From contig CATNEN010000025.1 in NCBI GenBank assembly GCA_950097015.1, positions 8,122,001-8,186,000 of the forward strand: 64,000 bases of DNA, written 5' to 3'. This document shows positions 12,279 to 25,274 of the stretch, one piece after another. This DNA comes from Macrostomum hystrix. Taxonomy: Eukaryota > Animalia > Platyhelminthes. The first letter of the stretch is position 1, and every line of letters starts with the position of its first letter. A model generated the notes under the pieces. That model made no database searches, was not told the origin of the DNA, and saw only the letters and a program-made list of their open reading frames with translations. A program made the translations under genes and the position numbers.

Positions 12279-13862
12279 ATAGACTGTGATAATCGCTGGA
12301 TAGACTGTGATAATCGCTGGATAGACTGTGATAATCGCTGGATAGACTGTGATAATCGCTGGATAGACTGTGATAATCGCTGGATAGACTGTGATAATCG
12401 CTGGATAGACTGTGATAATCGCTGGATAGACTGTGATAATCGCTGGATAGACTGTGATAATCGCTGGATAAAATTTAATAATCCGATTGATAAACGATTG
12501 ATAAACTGTGATAATCTGATTGATAAAACTGTGATAATCCAATTGATAAACTGTGATAATCCGATTGATAAACTGTGATAATCCGATTGATAAACTGTGA
12601 TAATCCAATTGATAAAACTGTGATAATCCGATTGATAAACTGTGATAATCCAATTGATAAACTGTGATAATCCAATTGATAAAACTGTGATAATCCGATT
12701 GATAAACTGTGATAATCCGATTGATAAACTGTGATAATCCAATTGATAAACTGTGATAATCCGATTGATAAACTGTGATAATCCGATTGATAAACTGTGA
12801 TAATCCAATTGATAAACTGTGATAATCCGATTGATAAACTTTGATAATCCAATTGATAAACTGTGATAATCCGATTGATAAACTGTGATAATCCAATTGA
12901 TAAACTGTGATAATCCAATTGATTAAACTGTGATAATCCGATTGATAAACTGTGATAATCCGATTGTTAAACTGTGATAATCCAATTGATAAACTGTGAT
13001 AATCCGATTGATAAACTGTGATAATCCAATTGATAAACTGTGATAATCCGATTGATAAACTGTGATAATCCAATTGATAAAACTGTGATAATCCGATTGA
13101 TAAACTGTGATAATCCGATTGATAAACTGTGATAATCCGATTGATAAACTGTGATGATCCAATTGATAAACTGTGATAATCCGATTGATAAACTGTGATA
13201 ATCCAATTGATAAACTGTGATAATCCAATTGATAAACTGTGATAATCCGATTGATAAACTGTGATAATCCAATTGATAAACTGTGATAATCCGATTGATA
13301 AACTGTGATAATCCGATTGATAAACTGTGATAATCCGATTGATAAACTGTGGTAATCCAATTGATAAACTGTGATAATCCGATTGATAAACTGTGATAAT
13401 CCAATTGATAAACTGTGATAATCCAATTGATAAACTGTGATAATCCGATTGATAAACTGTGATAATCCAATTGAGAAACTGTGATAATCCAATTGATAAA
13501 CTGTGATAATCCGATTGATAAACTGTGATAATCCGATTGATAAACTGTGATAATCCGATTGATAAACTGTGATAAACCGATTGATAAACTGTGATAATCC
13601 GATTGATAAACTGTGATAATCCGATTGATAAACTGTGATAACCGCTGGATAAACTGTGATAATCCGATTGATAAAACTGTGATAATCCGATTGATAAACT
13701 GTGATAATCCGATTGATAAACTGTGATAATCCGATTGATAAACTGTGATAATCCGATTGATAAACTGTGATAATCCAATTGATAAACTGTGATAATCTAA
13801 TTGATAAACTGTGATAATCCGATTGATAAACTGTGATAACCCGATTGATAAACTGTGATAAT
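12279..13862. repeat. 21/22-bp tandem repeat GATAAACTGTGATAATCCGATT
   Basis: 21-bp variant block at 12279-12470, then the 22-bp unit. Confidence 0.95.
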
Positions 13863-14465
13863 CAGAAAGGATCTTTTCTACAATAATCAGATCGAAGATA
13901 ATTTGGGAGAAAGTCCTTGGTTCATATTTTCGATTAAATAACGCTTTGTGAAGTTCTAGATTTCTACTAAAATCCATTTATTTTTAGCAAATAATTATTT
14001 CTGATTTTATACACTTGAAACACAAATGATTGCATAAAAATTAATAGTACATATTTAAAACTAATTGCAAAACACATCAACACACAGTTGCATCAACAAT
14101 AATTAAGCAATGTGATTGTATTCGAATAGATAATTCATTTTTTATATACGAGCGTTGAAATGAAATTGAAAGTGAAATGGATCCTTGCATTTTTGAAACA
14201 GTTTTTTTACGATTTTAGTTTTGGCAGTGCGAACGATGAGAAAAAGCTACTTGTTAAATACATTCAGCATTATTGTTCTTCAATAAAATTCACTAAAAAT
14301 GTCTTGTTCAGCTCCTAGTAATACTGGTACTTTGGTTTAAAAATTTTTTTAATCTAAAGTTTATCGACTTAAGCAACAAAACAATCTGGTAAAATTTATT
14401 TTTTTAAATTTTACTACAAATGTTTAATATCTAATCATGTTCAATTTCAGTCACGATAAATTTTA

Positions 14466-14742
14466 GTCATAATGAATTTAGGTTGTAATTAATTTCGGTC
14501 ATAATGAATTTCGGTCATAATGAATTTCAGTCATTATGAATTTCGGTCATAATGAATTTCGGTCATAATGAATTTCAGTCATTATGAATTTCGGTCATTA
14601 TGAATTTCGGTCATAATGAATTTCGGTCATTATGAATTTCGGTCATAATGAATTTAGGTCATAATGAATTTCGGTTATAATTGATTTCAGTCATAATGAA
14701 TTTCAGTCAGTATTAATTTTGATCATTAATAATTTTGGTCAT
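14466..14742. repeat. 16-bp tandem repeat CATAATGAATTTCGGT
   Basis: Period 16. Confidence 0.92.
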
Positions 14743-14770
14743 GAAAACGTTTTATGTTGAGTAACCTCTA

Positions 14771-17067
14771 TCAGACGCAGGCCGGATCAGTGGACTGAAC
14801 GATGTCGGCCAGTTCAACAGACTCTGCGGTGGCTCCCGCAGCTGCTGGGTCTCCTTGACAAAGCAGCAGCATTGTGGGCCGCTCAAAATCATTTACAGTC
14901 TCTCCATAGTTTGTTGGCGGACGGGACCTTGTCGAAGATCTGTCCCAGAGTCGCGGTGGCGGAGGCGGAGGCGACTCGTCGACTTCACGTTTCCTAGAAT
15001 CAACAATTCGCGGCCCCGGCAGGGACTGCGGAGAGTTTGGCTTCGCGTCTGAGCTGATTGGCGATTGCTGATTGGCTGACACTGAAACCGACGCTGCCTG
15101 AGCTGGTGATGGGGCACCCCTGTGTGTTGGTTGGATTGAGTGAGCGGCGAGACTTCAAAGGATTGAGTGAGCGGCGAGACTTCAAAGGATTGAGTGAGCG
15201 GCGAGACTTCAAAGGATTGAGTGAGCGGCGAGACTTCAAAGGATTGAGTGAGCGGCGAGACTTCAAAGGATTGAATGAGCGGCGAGACTTCAAAGGATTG
15301 AGTGAGCGGCGAGACTTCAAAGGATTGAGTGAGCGGCGAGACTTCAAAGGATTGAGTGAGCGGTCAGACTTCAAAGGATTGAGTGAGCGGCGAGACTTCA
15401 AAGGATTGAGTGAGCGGTCAGACTTCAAAGGATTGAGTGAGCGGCGAGACTTCAAAGGATTGAGTGAGCGGTCAGACTTCAAAGGATTGAATGAGCGGCG
15501 AGACTTCAAAGGATTGAGTGAGCGGCGAGACTTCAAAGGATTGAGTGAGCGGCGAGACTTCAAAGGATTGAGTGAGCGGCGAGACTTCAAAGGATTGAGT
15601 GAGCGGTCAGACTTCAAAGGATTGAATGAGCGGCGAGACTTCAAAGGATTGAGTGAGCGGCGAGACTTCAAAGGATTGAGTGAGCGGCGAGACTTCAAAG
15701 GATTGAATGAGCGGCGAAACTTCAAAGGATTGAGTGAGCGGCGAGACTTCAAAGGATTGAGTGAGCGGCGAGACTTCAAAGGATTGAGTGAGCGGCGAGA
15801 CTTCAAAGGATTGAGTGAGCGGCGAGACTTCAAAGGATTGAGTGAGCGGAGGACTTCAAAGGATTGAGTGAGCGGCGAGACTTCAAAGGATTGAGTGAGC
15901 GGAGGACTTCAAAGGATTGAATGAGCGGCGAGACTTCAAAGGATTGAGTGAGAACAGGCTGCAAAAGAGCCGTTAGCCCCACAATATATAGATTTTATAT
16001 TTGAATTAGCGCTCGAAAAGTCCACCAACCCTTGAGTCTGCTGTTGCTGTTGCTGCTGCCTGCGAGGTCTCTCCCCCAATCTCCATCTGTCAAAGTCATC
16101 GTCCGCTTCGTCTTCATCGTCGCTCTGCCGGTCGCCGCCCCGGTGGTCCGAGTAGCTCAGCTTGTAGTCATAGTCATCGTCGATGTCCAACTCCCTCTTC
16201 TGGGAGCAGATTTTGGCCAGAGCGAATGCCAGTACGATTGGCACCGCTCCGAACGCAAGCCAGGGAAAGTTTCTGGACAGCCAGGAGCTTCCGCCGCCGC
16301 CGCCGCCCCAGCCATTGCCGTAGTGCAACTGTGTGGAGCGGTTTCCGCCGCCGTCGCCAGTCCACAATGGCCCGTAGGGACACTTGTTCGGCTCCTCAAA
16401 CAGGTCGAAACAGTCGCTTTGAAAGCTGCAACTACCCGGCGCAATGCAGACTCCTTGCTGCTGCTGCTGCTGCTGCTGCTGGCACCAGACGTGGCCGAAT
16501 CTTTCACACAGATATCGACGACTAGTAAAATTGAGGCTGTCGCTAAATAGAGCATACCTGGACACAGTGATATTGACTTGCGGCCCAGGTGGCTTGCTGT
16601 CAGTCCAGAACAGCCTGGCGTATCGGATACTTAAGCTTCATTTCGGCTGGGAAAGTCAAAGTGGAGCTGCTGACCTCGTGATAGTGATCCTGGGCGATGA
16701 TGAACGAATCCATAGTCGGCTTGTCCAGTGCCACCACTACGAGCTTCTGACCCGGCGACAGCCTGGTAACTCGCAGCCGCAGGTACCAGAACTTGATGCC
16801 GCGGGGATCCCTGATGAGCTCACCGAATGGGACAATGGGATTTGAGCACAGTTTGTAGCCTGCGCTGTGCTCAGAAGCTTTTGTAGTTAGCTTCAGCGCG
16901 CCGTCCACTGACAGCGGGGCGGCGTTCTCGTCCCTCTGCTGACAGTCCGGGTGGCTGGAGTTGAGCAAGGTGTTGACAATGCGATGCAGCCGAGTTGGCC
17001 GATAGATGCTGGACGATGCGCCGACTGAGACTACAATCAGAACCAGCCGCAGCAATTGAAAACGCAT
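14771..17067 (-). CDS. Type I membrane protein: signal peptide, CUB-like domain, LDLa-like module, TM helix, acidic cytoplasmic tail (NETO/LEV-10/MIG-13-like architecture); exons 16030-17067 (apparent frameshift near 16600-16640) and 14771-15119
   Basis: Leader MRFQLLRLVLIVVSVGASS. Six-Cys module CERFGHVWC(Q9)GVCIAPGSCSFQSDCFDLFEEPNKC. TM segment FPWLAFGAVPIVLAFALAKIC. A phase-2 intron at 15120-16029 (GT..AG) joins in frame to ORF 14771-15082. The CUB assignment is a visual judgement only. Confidence 0.6.
15133..15951. repeat. 27-bp tandem repeat GAGTGAGCGGCGAGACTTCAAAGGATT filling the intron of the CUB/LDLa gene
   Basis: Lies inside intron 15120-16029. Confidence 0.96.
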
Positions 17068-17149
17068 GCTTCCGTGCCTGAAAACCAGAAAACATTAGCT
17101 TGGAGACACAAGGGACAGAAAGGGGAGATAGAGCTTTGATGTGGGAGAC

Positions 17150-19213
17150 AGCAGTGAGTGGTGACGTTTGAGAAAGAGCAGTAAGAAGGGAGAAAGAGCA
17201 TTGAGAGGGGAGAAAGAGCAGTGAGAGGGGAGAAAAGAGGATTAAGAGGGGAGAAAGAGCAGTGAGAGGGGAGAAAGAGCAGTGAGAGGGGAGAAAGAGC
17301 AGTGAGAGGGGAGAAAGAGCAGTGAGAGGGGAGAAAGAGCAGTGAGAGTGGAGAAAGAGCAGTGAGAGGGGAGAAAGAGCAGTGAGAGGGGAGAAAGAGC
17401 AGTGAGAGGGGAGAAAGAGCATTGAGAGGGGAGAAAGAGCAGTGAGAGGGGAGAAAGAGCAGTGAGAGGGGAGAAAGAGCAGTGAGAGGGGAGAAAGAGC
17501 AGTGAGAGGGGAGAAAGAGCAGTGAGAGGGGAGAAAGAGCAGTGAGAGTGGAGAAAGAGCAGTGAGAGGGGAGAAAGAGCAGTGAGAGGGGAGAAAGAGC
17601 AGTGAGAGGGGAGAAAAGAGGATTGAGAGGGGAGAAAGAGCAGTGAGAGGAGAAAAAGAGCAGTGAGAGGGGAGATAGAGCAGTGAGAGGGGAGAAAGAG
17701 CAGTGAGAGGAGAAAAAGAGCAGTGAGAGGGGAGAAAGAGCAGTGAGAGGGGAGAAAGAGCAGTGAGAGGGGAGAAAAAGCATTGAGAGGGGAGAAAGAG
17801 CAGTGAGAGGGGAGAAAGAGCAGTGAGAGGGGAGAAAAGAGGATTGAGAGGGGAGAAAGAGCAGTGAGAGGAGAAAAAGAGCAGTGAGAGGGGAGATAGA
17901 GCAGTGAGAGGGGAGAAAGAGCAGTGAGAGGAGAAAAAGAGCAGTGAGAGGGGAGAAAGAGCAGTGAGAGGGGAGAAAGAGCAGTGAGAGGGGAGAAAAA
18001 GCATTGAGAGGGGAGAAAGAGCAGTGAGAGGGGAGAAAGAGCAGTGAGAGGGGAGAAAGAGCAGTGAGAGGGGAGAAAGAGCAGTGAGAGGGGAGAAAGA
18101 GCAGTGAGAGTGGAGAAAGAGCAGTGAGAGGGGAGAAAGAGCAGTGAGAGGGGAGAAAGAGCAGTGAGAGGGGAGAAAAGAGGATTGAGAGGGGAGAAAG
18201 AGCAGTGAGAGGAGAAAAAGAGCAGTGAGAGGGGAGAAAGAGCAGTGAGAGGAGAGAAAGAGCAGTGAGAAGAGAGAAAGAGCAGTGAGAGGCGAGAAAG
18301 AGCAGTGAGAGTGGAGAAAGAGCAGTGAGAGGGGAGAAAGAGCAGTGAGAGGGGAGAAAGAGCAGTGAGAGGGGAGAAAGAGCAGTGAGAGTGGAGAAAG
18401 AGCAGTGAGAGGGGAGAAAGAGCAGTGAGAGGGGAGAAAGAGCAGTGAGAGGGGAGAAAAGAGGATTGAGAGGGGAGAAAGAGCAGTGAGAGGAGAAAAA
18501 GAGCAGTGAGAGGGGAGATAGAGCAGTGAGAGGGGAGAAAGAGCAGTGAGAGGGGAGAAAGAGCAGTGAGAAGAGAGAAAGAGCAGTGAGAGGCGAGAAA
18601 GAGCAGTGAGAGTGGAGAAAGAGCAGTGAGAGGGGAGAAAGAGCAGTAAGAGTGGAGAAAGAGCAGTAAGAGGGGAGAAAGAGCATTGAGAGGGGAGAAA
18701 GAGCAGTGAGAGTGGAGAAAGAGCAGTGAGAGGGGAGAAAGAGCAGTGAGAGGGGAGAAAGAGCAGTAAGAGTGGAGAAAGAGCAGTAAGAGGGGAGAAA
18801 GAGCATTGAGAGGGGAGAAAGAGCAGTGAGAGTGGAGAAAGAGCAGTGAGAGGGGAGAAAGAGCAGTGAGAGGGGAGAAAGAGCAGTGAGAGGGGAGAAA
18901 GAGCAGTGAGAGGGGAGAAAGAGCAGTGAGAGGCGAGAAAGAGCAGTGAGAGGGGAGAAAGAGCAGTGAGAGGGGAGAAAGAGCAGTGAGAGGGGAGAAA
19001 GAGCATTGAGAGGGGAGAAAGAGCATTGAGAGGGGAGAAAGAGCATTGAGAGGGGAGAAAGAGCATTGAGAGGGGAGAAAGAGCATTGAGAGGGGAGAAA
19101 GAGCAGTGAGAGGGGAGAAAGAGCAGTGAGAGGGGAGAAAGAGCAGTGAGAGTGGAGAAAGAGCAGTGAGAGGGGAGAAAGAGCAGTAAGAGGCGAGAAA
19201 GAGCAGTGAGAGG
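17150..19213. repeat. 20-bp purine-rich tandem repeat GAGAGGGGAGAAAGAGCAGT
   Basis: Direct inspection. Confidence 0.96.
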
Positions 19214-19956
19214 AAGAAGCCAAGAGCAGCCTAGAGGCCCAGCAACAGAAGCAGGCTCTGAGCTCATTCGTAAATCTTTGATCACAAAAAGAGACGGTAA
19301 AAGAAGGAGGCCTCAAAGGGTTTTCATTGCGGTGCCACTGAGCAGAAACTTCTGCTGGCAGGGGGGACTTCATCAGTCAATCCAACCAGCCAATCTGTGT
19401 CTGTCCGTCTCTCTGCAATTTATTCCTCATAGTTGGTGGATGGGGGGTGGGGCAGACCAAGAGCTACTCAAGTCGAAACGAAGCGGTCAGCAGAGCATAT
19501 CGCAGCAGGGGTGGTGGGGGGTCGCACACTTTCCACTGTCTGTCTCTCCCCTTCGCTCGGGTAGCTCCACCGAAGATCTGCCATGGAAACCCGCGAAGTT
19601 GGGGCGCCCGCCCCTCCCTGCAGTCCACTTCTGTACCCGGGAGAATCATCTTTCTTTCCTGTTGGACGCATTTCTCCTATTTCTCATTCCGGGTACCTTC
19701 CCAAAACGAATCTTTTGAGCAGTGGCTCATTGCGCTTAAATTACCAGTCGAACCGCTTTTTGGCTTCATCCGCATCCCACAATCCATGCGAAACAGTAAA
19801 TAAATCCCCCACCCTCAACTACAGCTTCTGATCCCAACTCATGCTAGCTGGTTGTTACGCAACTCACTGATCCCACAGTCCATCTCTAACCGAATCTCGG
19901 AGATTCGGAGCCTATTTTGCTAACAACTCAATTTTCCTGGTGACTGTTCTTTGCGT

Positions 19957-21095
19957 CTGTTCTAGATCCCCAACCGTCTGTTCTAGATCTCCAACTGTCT
20001 GTTCTAGATCTCCAACTGTCTGTTCTAGATCCCCAACCGTCTGTTCTAGATCTCCAACTGTCTGTTCTAGATCCCCAACTGTCTGTTCTAGATCTCCAAC
20101 TGTCTGTTCTAGATCTCCAACTGTCTGTTCTAGATCTCCAACTGTCTGTTCCAGATCCCCAACCGTCTGTTCTAGATCTCCAACTGTCTGTTCTAGATCT
20201 CCAACTGTCTGTTCCAGATCCCCAACTGTCTGTTCCAGATCCCCAACCGTCTGTTCTAGATCCCCAACTGTCTGTTCTAGATCTCCAACTGTCTGTTCCA
20301 GATCTCCAACTGTCTGTTCTAGATCCCCAACTGTCTGTTCTAGATCTCCAACTGTCTGTTCTAGATCCCCAACTGTCTGTTCTAGATCTCCAACTGTCTG
20401 TTCCAGATCCCCAACTGTCTGTTCTAGATCTACAACTGTCTGTTCCAGATCTCCAACTGTCTGTTCCAGATCCCCAAATGTCTGTTCCAGATCCCCAACT
20501 GTCTGTTCTAGATCCCCAAATGTCTGTTCTAGATCTCCAACTGTCTGTTCTAGATCTCCAACTGTCTGTTCCAGATCCCCAACTGTCTGTTCTAGATCCC
20601 CAAATGTCTGTTCTAGATCCCCAACTGTCTGTTCTAGATCTCCAACTGTCTTGTCTAGATCTCCAACTGTCTGTTCTGGATCTACAACTGTCTGTTCTAG
20701 ATGTTTATATGTCTGTTCTAGATGTTTATCTGTCGGTTCTAGATATTTATCTGTCTGTTCTAGATGTTTATCTGTCTGTTCTAGATGTTTATATGTCTGT
20801 TCTAGATGTTTATCTGTCGGTTCTAGATATTTATCTGTCTGTTCTAGATGTTTATCTGTCTGTTCTAGATGTTTATCTGTCTGTTCTAGATGTCTGTCTG
20901 CTTGTTCTAGATGTCTGTCTGTTCTAGATTTCTAACTGTCTGTTCTAGATCTCTAACTGTCTGTTCTAGATTTCTAACTGTCTGTTCTAGATCTCTAACT
21001 GTCTGTTCTAGATCTACAACTGTCTGTTCTAGATCTCTAACTGTCTGTTCTAGATCTACAACTGTCTGTTCTAGATCTCTAACTGTCTGTTCGAG
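19957..21095. repeat. 21-bp tandem repeat TGTCTGTTCTAGATCTCCAAC with zoned variants
   Basis: Direct inspection. Confidence 0.96.
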
Positions 21096-21824
21096 ATGTC
21101 TGTCATTTATAATACCTTCGTTCACCTTCGACAAGGCATCGCTGTTGCCGTATCAAAGTCAAAGCCAGATAAAGAAAAATAATGACAAATCTCATTCCTG
21201 ATCAACAGTAGTGAGACTAACAAAACCTTGCGATACTCCGAGGCCATAGGAAGGGAAACTGTAAAACATAGAGACATGTAAAACATCAATAAACTTGTCC
21301 CGACAGGGTAACAGAGCTCAGACAAATCTATAACCTAGGAGAATAATATGGGTCTGTTTCTGGATCAATTTAAATTTAATCTCGCACCTTCCGCTTCTCA
21401 AAGTTGGCAGACAACTAAGCGTTTGGGTTCGATTTAGGGATTTTTATGACTCGCAAGGTCCAGAAAAAAATCGATTTTTTCGACTTTCTGAACTTTCTGT
21501 CTCTGGCTCACTTCTTTCAATTAACTTTCTCTTTTTTTTCTTCCTCTTCAGAATCAATTTAGACCCGAAGAAAAGTTTCAGTAGGCTCTCTGCTCTTGCT
21601 GGGGTCAATTATTAGAGCTAGTATGCTTTGATTAATCTATCTTAACAGAGACTGAATGGGAAGCCGTTCATTCCCTATATTTCAATATTTCACTGTTGGC
21701 TGCTGTCCTACGCTTGTAAGTCGTAGGTTCCTGGTCTCTGTTAAGTAACAGTTATAAGCATTTTTACGCTAAATTCAAGTATTATGACTTTATTAACTCT
21801 GAATTTGTGTGATTCATTCCTGAA

Positions 21825-22706
21825 GTCTCTCACCCAGAGGTTTCTCATCCCTCTAAAGAACTTCTCATCCATGAAAATTTTTCATCCATGAACTTTCTCT
21901 TTCCTGAAGTTGTCTTCCCTGAAGTTTTTCATCCCCGAAGTTTCTCATCCCTGGAGTTTCTCAATCATGAAGTTTCTCATCCCTGAAGTTTCTTAACCTG
22001 AAGTTTCTCATCCCTGAAGTTTCTCATCCCTGAAGTTTCTCATCCCTGAAGTTTCTCATCCCCGAAGTTTCTCATCCCTGAAGTTTCTGATCCTAGTAGT
22101 TTATTGTCCCTGAAGTTTCTCATCTCTGAATTTTGTCATCCTTGTAGTTTCTCATCCCTGAAGTTTCTCAATCATGAAGTTTCTCAATCATGAATTTTCT
22201 CATCCATGATGTTTCTTAACCTGAAGTTTCTCATCTCTGAAGTTTCTCATCCCCGAAGTTTCTCATCCCTGAAGATTCTCAATCCTGAAGGTTTTCATCC
22301 CTGTAGTTTCTTAACCTGAAGATTATCATTCCTGAAGTTTCTCATCTTTGAACTTTCTCATCATTGAAGTTTCTCAACCTGAAGTTTCTCAACCTGAAGT
22401 TTCTCATCCCTGAAGTTTGACTTTCCTGAAGTTTCTCATCCCTGAAGTTTGACTTTCCTGAAGTTTCTCATCCCTGAAGTTTGACTTTCCTGAAGTTTCT
22501 CATCCCTGAAGTTTGACTTTCCTGAAGTTTCTCATCCCTGAAGTTTGACTTTCCTGAAGTTTCTCATCCCTGAAGTTTGACTTTCCTGAAGTTTCTCATC
22601 CCTGAAGTTTGACTTTCCTGAAGTTTCTCATCCCTGAAGTTTGACTTTCCTGAAGTTTCTCATCCCTGAAGTTTGACTTTCCTGAAGTTTCTCATCCCTG
22701 AAGTTT
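21825..22706. repeat. 16-bp degenerate repeat CCTGAAGTTTCTCATC
   Basis: Same family as 28222-29060. Confidence 0.92.
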
Positions 22707-23419
22707 AATATGCCAGATATTTTCATTTCTGAAGTTGCAATCTTTTACAATCTGCCGAAGTATTGGAAAACTAAATGATTTAGCATGAAAATACACACGG
22801 GCATTAATTTCTATTAAAAACTTACCCTGGAGTTGCCTTGCTAAAGCAATCACCTATGAAACAGCTGGTCTAGGGACAATGATTGTTAAGTGGATTTCAG
22901 TCTATGAAGGCCAGTATAGTTAATGTAACATGAGGGGGTTGCAATGTGGGTGGAAAGAAGTGAAGGTTAGTCTCTTGCTTGCCAAAATCAAGTTGATTTC
23001 CTGCTCTCCGGCACTGACTATATATCACTTCCTTCGATTCTCAGGCCAAAATCACTGCACAGCTGCATTCTGATTGGCTGAGACAAATCCTGGGATCTGT
23101 ACTGCTTCTTTGGAATTGAAACGCAGAATGCGAAACCACTCACTCTCTCTCCAAGTCTCACTCAATACTCAACAACTCCATCATCCCAACACTGTCTTAC
23201 CGTTTTCCCTTTTTTGTGTTTTTTTCAAGTGTCTAACGAATGCCACAGCGCACGCAGTTCAGTGGGTAGAACAAAAGATTTTTTCATTGGTAGAACAATG
23301 CGAGGATAGGATTTGAAAACCTGGAACCTGCCTTCAGTCTCCCTTGCTCTTCCTTGCTCTAATGGGAGGAAGGACGCGTCGCTTCCGCCGTGATTTTTTT
23401 ATAAATTGTACTTTTAAAT

Positions 23420-24852
23420 AGTCACCCACTGTGTCTCATGTTAGTTTGTGACAGTCACCCACTGTGTCTCATGTTAGTTTGTGACAGTCACCCACTGTGT
23501 CTCATGTTAGTTTGTGACAGTCACCCACTGGGTCTCATGTTAGTTTGTGACAGTCACCCACTGTGTCTCATGTTAGTTTGTGACAGTCACCCACTGTGTC
23601 TCATGTTAGTTTGTGACAGTCACCCACTGTGTCTCATGTTAGTTTGTGACAGTCACCCACTGTGTCTCATTTTAGTTTGTGACAGTCACCCACTGTGTCT
23701 CATTTTAGTTTGTGACAATCACCCACTGTGTCTCATGTTAGTTTGTGACAGTCACCCACTGGGTCTCATTTTAGTTTGTGACTGTCACCCACTGTGTCTC
23801 ATGTTAGTTTGTGACAGTCACCCACTGTGTCTCATTTTAGTTTGTGACTGTCACCCACTGTGTCTCATTTTAGTTTGTGACAGTCACCCACTGTGTCTCA
23901 TTTTAGTTTGTGACAGTCACCCACTGTGTCTCATGTTAGTTTGTGACAGTCACCCACTGTGTCTCATTTTAGTTTGTGACAGTCACCCACTGTGTCTCAT
24001 TTTAGTTTGTGACAATCACCCACTGTGTCTCATTTTAGTTTGTGACAGTCACCCACTGTGTCTCATGTTAGTTTGTGACAATCACCCACTGTGTCTCATT
24101 TTAGTTTGTGACAGTCACCCACTGTGTCTCATTTTAGTTTGTGACAATCACCCACTGTGTCTCATGTTAGTTTGTGACAGTCACCCACTGTGTCTCATGT
24201 TAGTTTGTGACAGTCACCCACTGTGTCTCATGTTAGTTTGTGACAATCACCCACTGTGTCTCATGTTAGTTTGTGACAGTCACCCACTGTGTCTCATTTT
24301 AGTTTGTGACAGTCACCCACTGTGTCTCATTTTAGTTTGTGACAATCACCCACTGTGTCTCATGTTAGTTTGTGACAGTCACCCACTGGGTCTCATTTTA
24401 GTTTGTGACTGTCACCCACTGTGTCTCATGTTAGTTTGTGACAGTCACCCACTGTGTCTCATTTTAGTTTGTGACAATCACCCACTGTGTCTCATGTTAG
24501 TTTGTGACAGTCACCCACTGGGTCTCATTTTAGTTTGTGACTGTCACCCACTGTGTCTCATGTTAGTTTGTGACAGTCACCCACTGTGTCTCATGTTAGT
24601 TTGTGACAATCACCCACTGTGTCTCATGTTAGTTTGTGACAGTCACCCACTGTGTCTCATTTTAGTTTGTGACAGTCACCCACTGTGTCTCATTTTAGTT
24701 TGTGACAATCACCCACTGTGTCTCATTTTAGTTTGTGACAGTCACCCACTGTGTCTCATTTTAGTTTGTGACAATCACCCACTGTGTCTCATGTTAGTTT
24801 GTGACAGTCACCCACTGGGTCTCATTTTAGTTTGTGACAGTCACTCACTGTA
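23420..24852. repeat. 33-bp tandem repeat CAGTCACCCACTGTGTCTCATGTTAGTTTGTGA
   Basis: Period 33; contains the palindrome GTGAC-A-GTCAC. Confidence 0.97.
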
Positions 24853-25274
24853 ACAGTCAATAAAATGGTAATATTCCTTTAATTATACATGTTAATATAA
24901 AAAGTTTTGTTATTATCTATACAGGGTAGTTAACTATTTTTAAATCGTTTGCTGTTTGCTAATGAGAGGACAAAAATTGACTAAAAAACTACGGTATTTT
25001 TTCTAGTCTTTCAGTCTTCATGTCTTTCAGTGATGCTGACTGATGTAGCTTAGTTAAAAGTACATTGCAATAAAAAACCAGTCAAGCATAAACTGTCGCC
25101 CCAATGTGCTGTTAGATTTTAGTCGACATCCGAAGCGCAGACCAGATATATATTGCAATTATAAATGGGTTTTCTGAGATCGGTCAAAAAAACGATAATG
25201 CAGCCAGCACTGCGTTTCCGGGCACGATAGCCGAACATGCTGCTTGACTCAGCTTTTTTCTACCTAGGGGGCAG

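Noticed and set aside
8641-13977. Many ORFs with QLGDHC, NWGII or LSIGLSQF repeats
   Set aside because: By-products of the 18-bp and 22-bp arrays; all frames give repetitive peptides.
15000-15867. ORFs of LKSRRSLNP / KGLSERRDF repeats
   Set aside because: The array lies inside a well-defined GT-AG intron (15120-16029).
16871-19373. 600-800 aa Leu/Ser/Pro-rich ORFs in three minus-strand frames
   Set aside because: A 20-bp pyrimidine-rich array lacking stops; three overlapping open frames indicate non-coding repeat.
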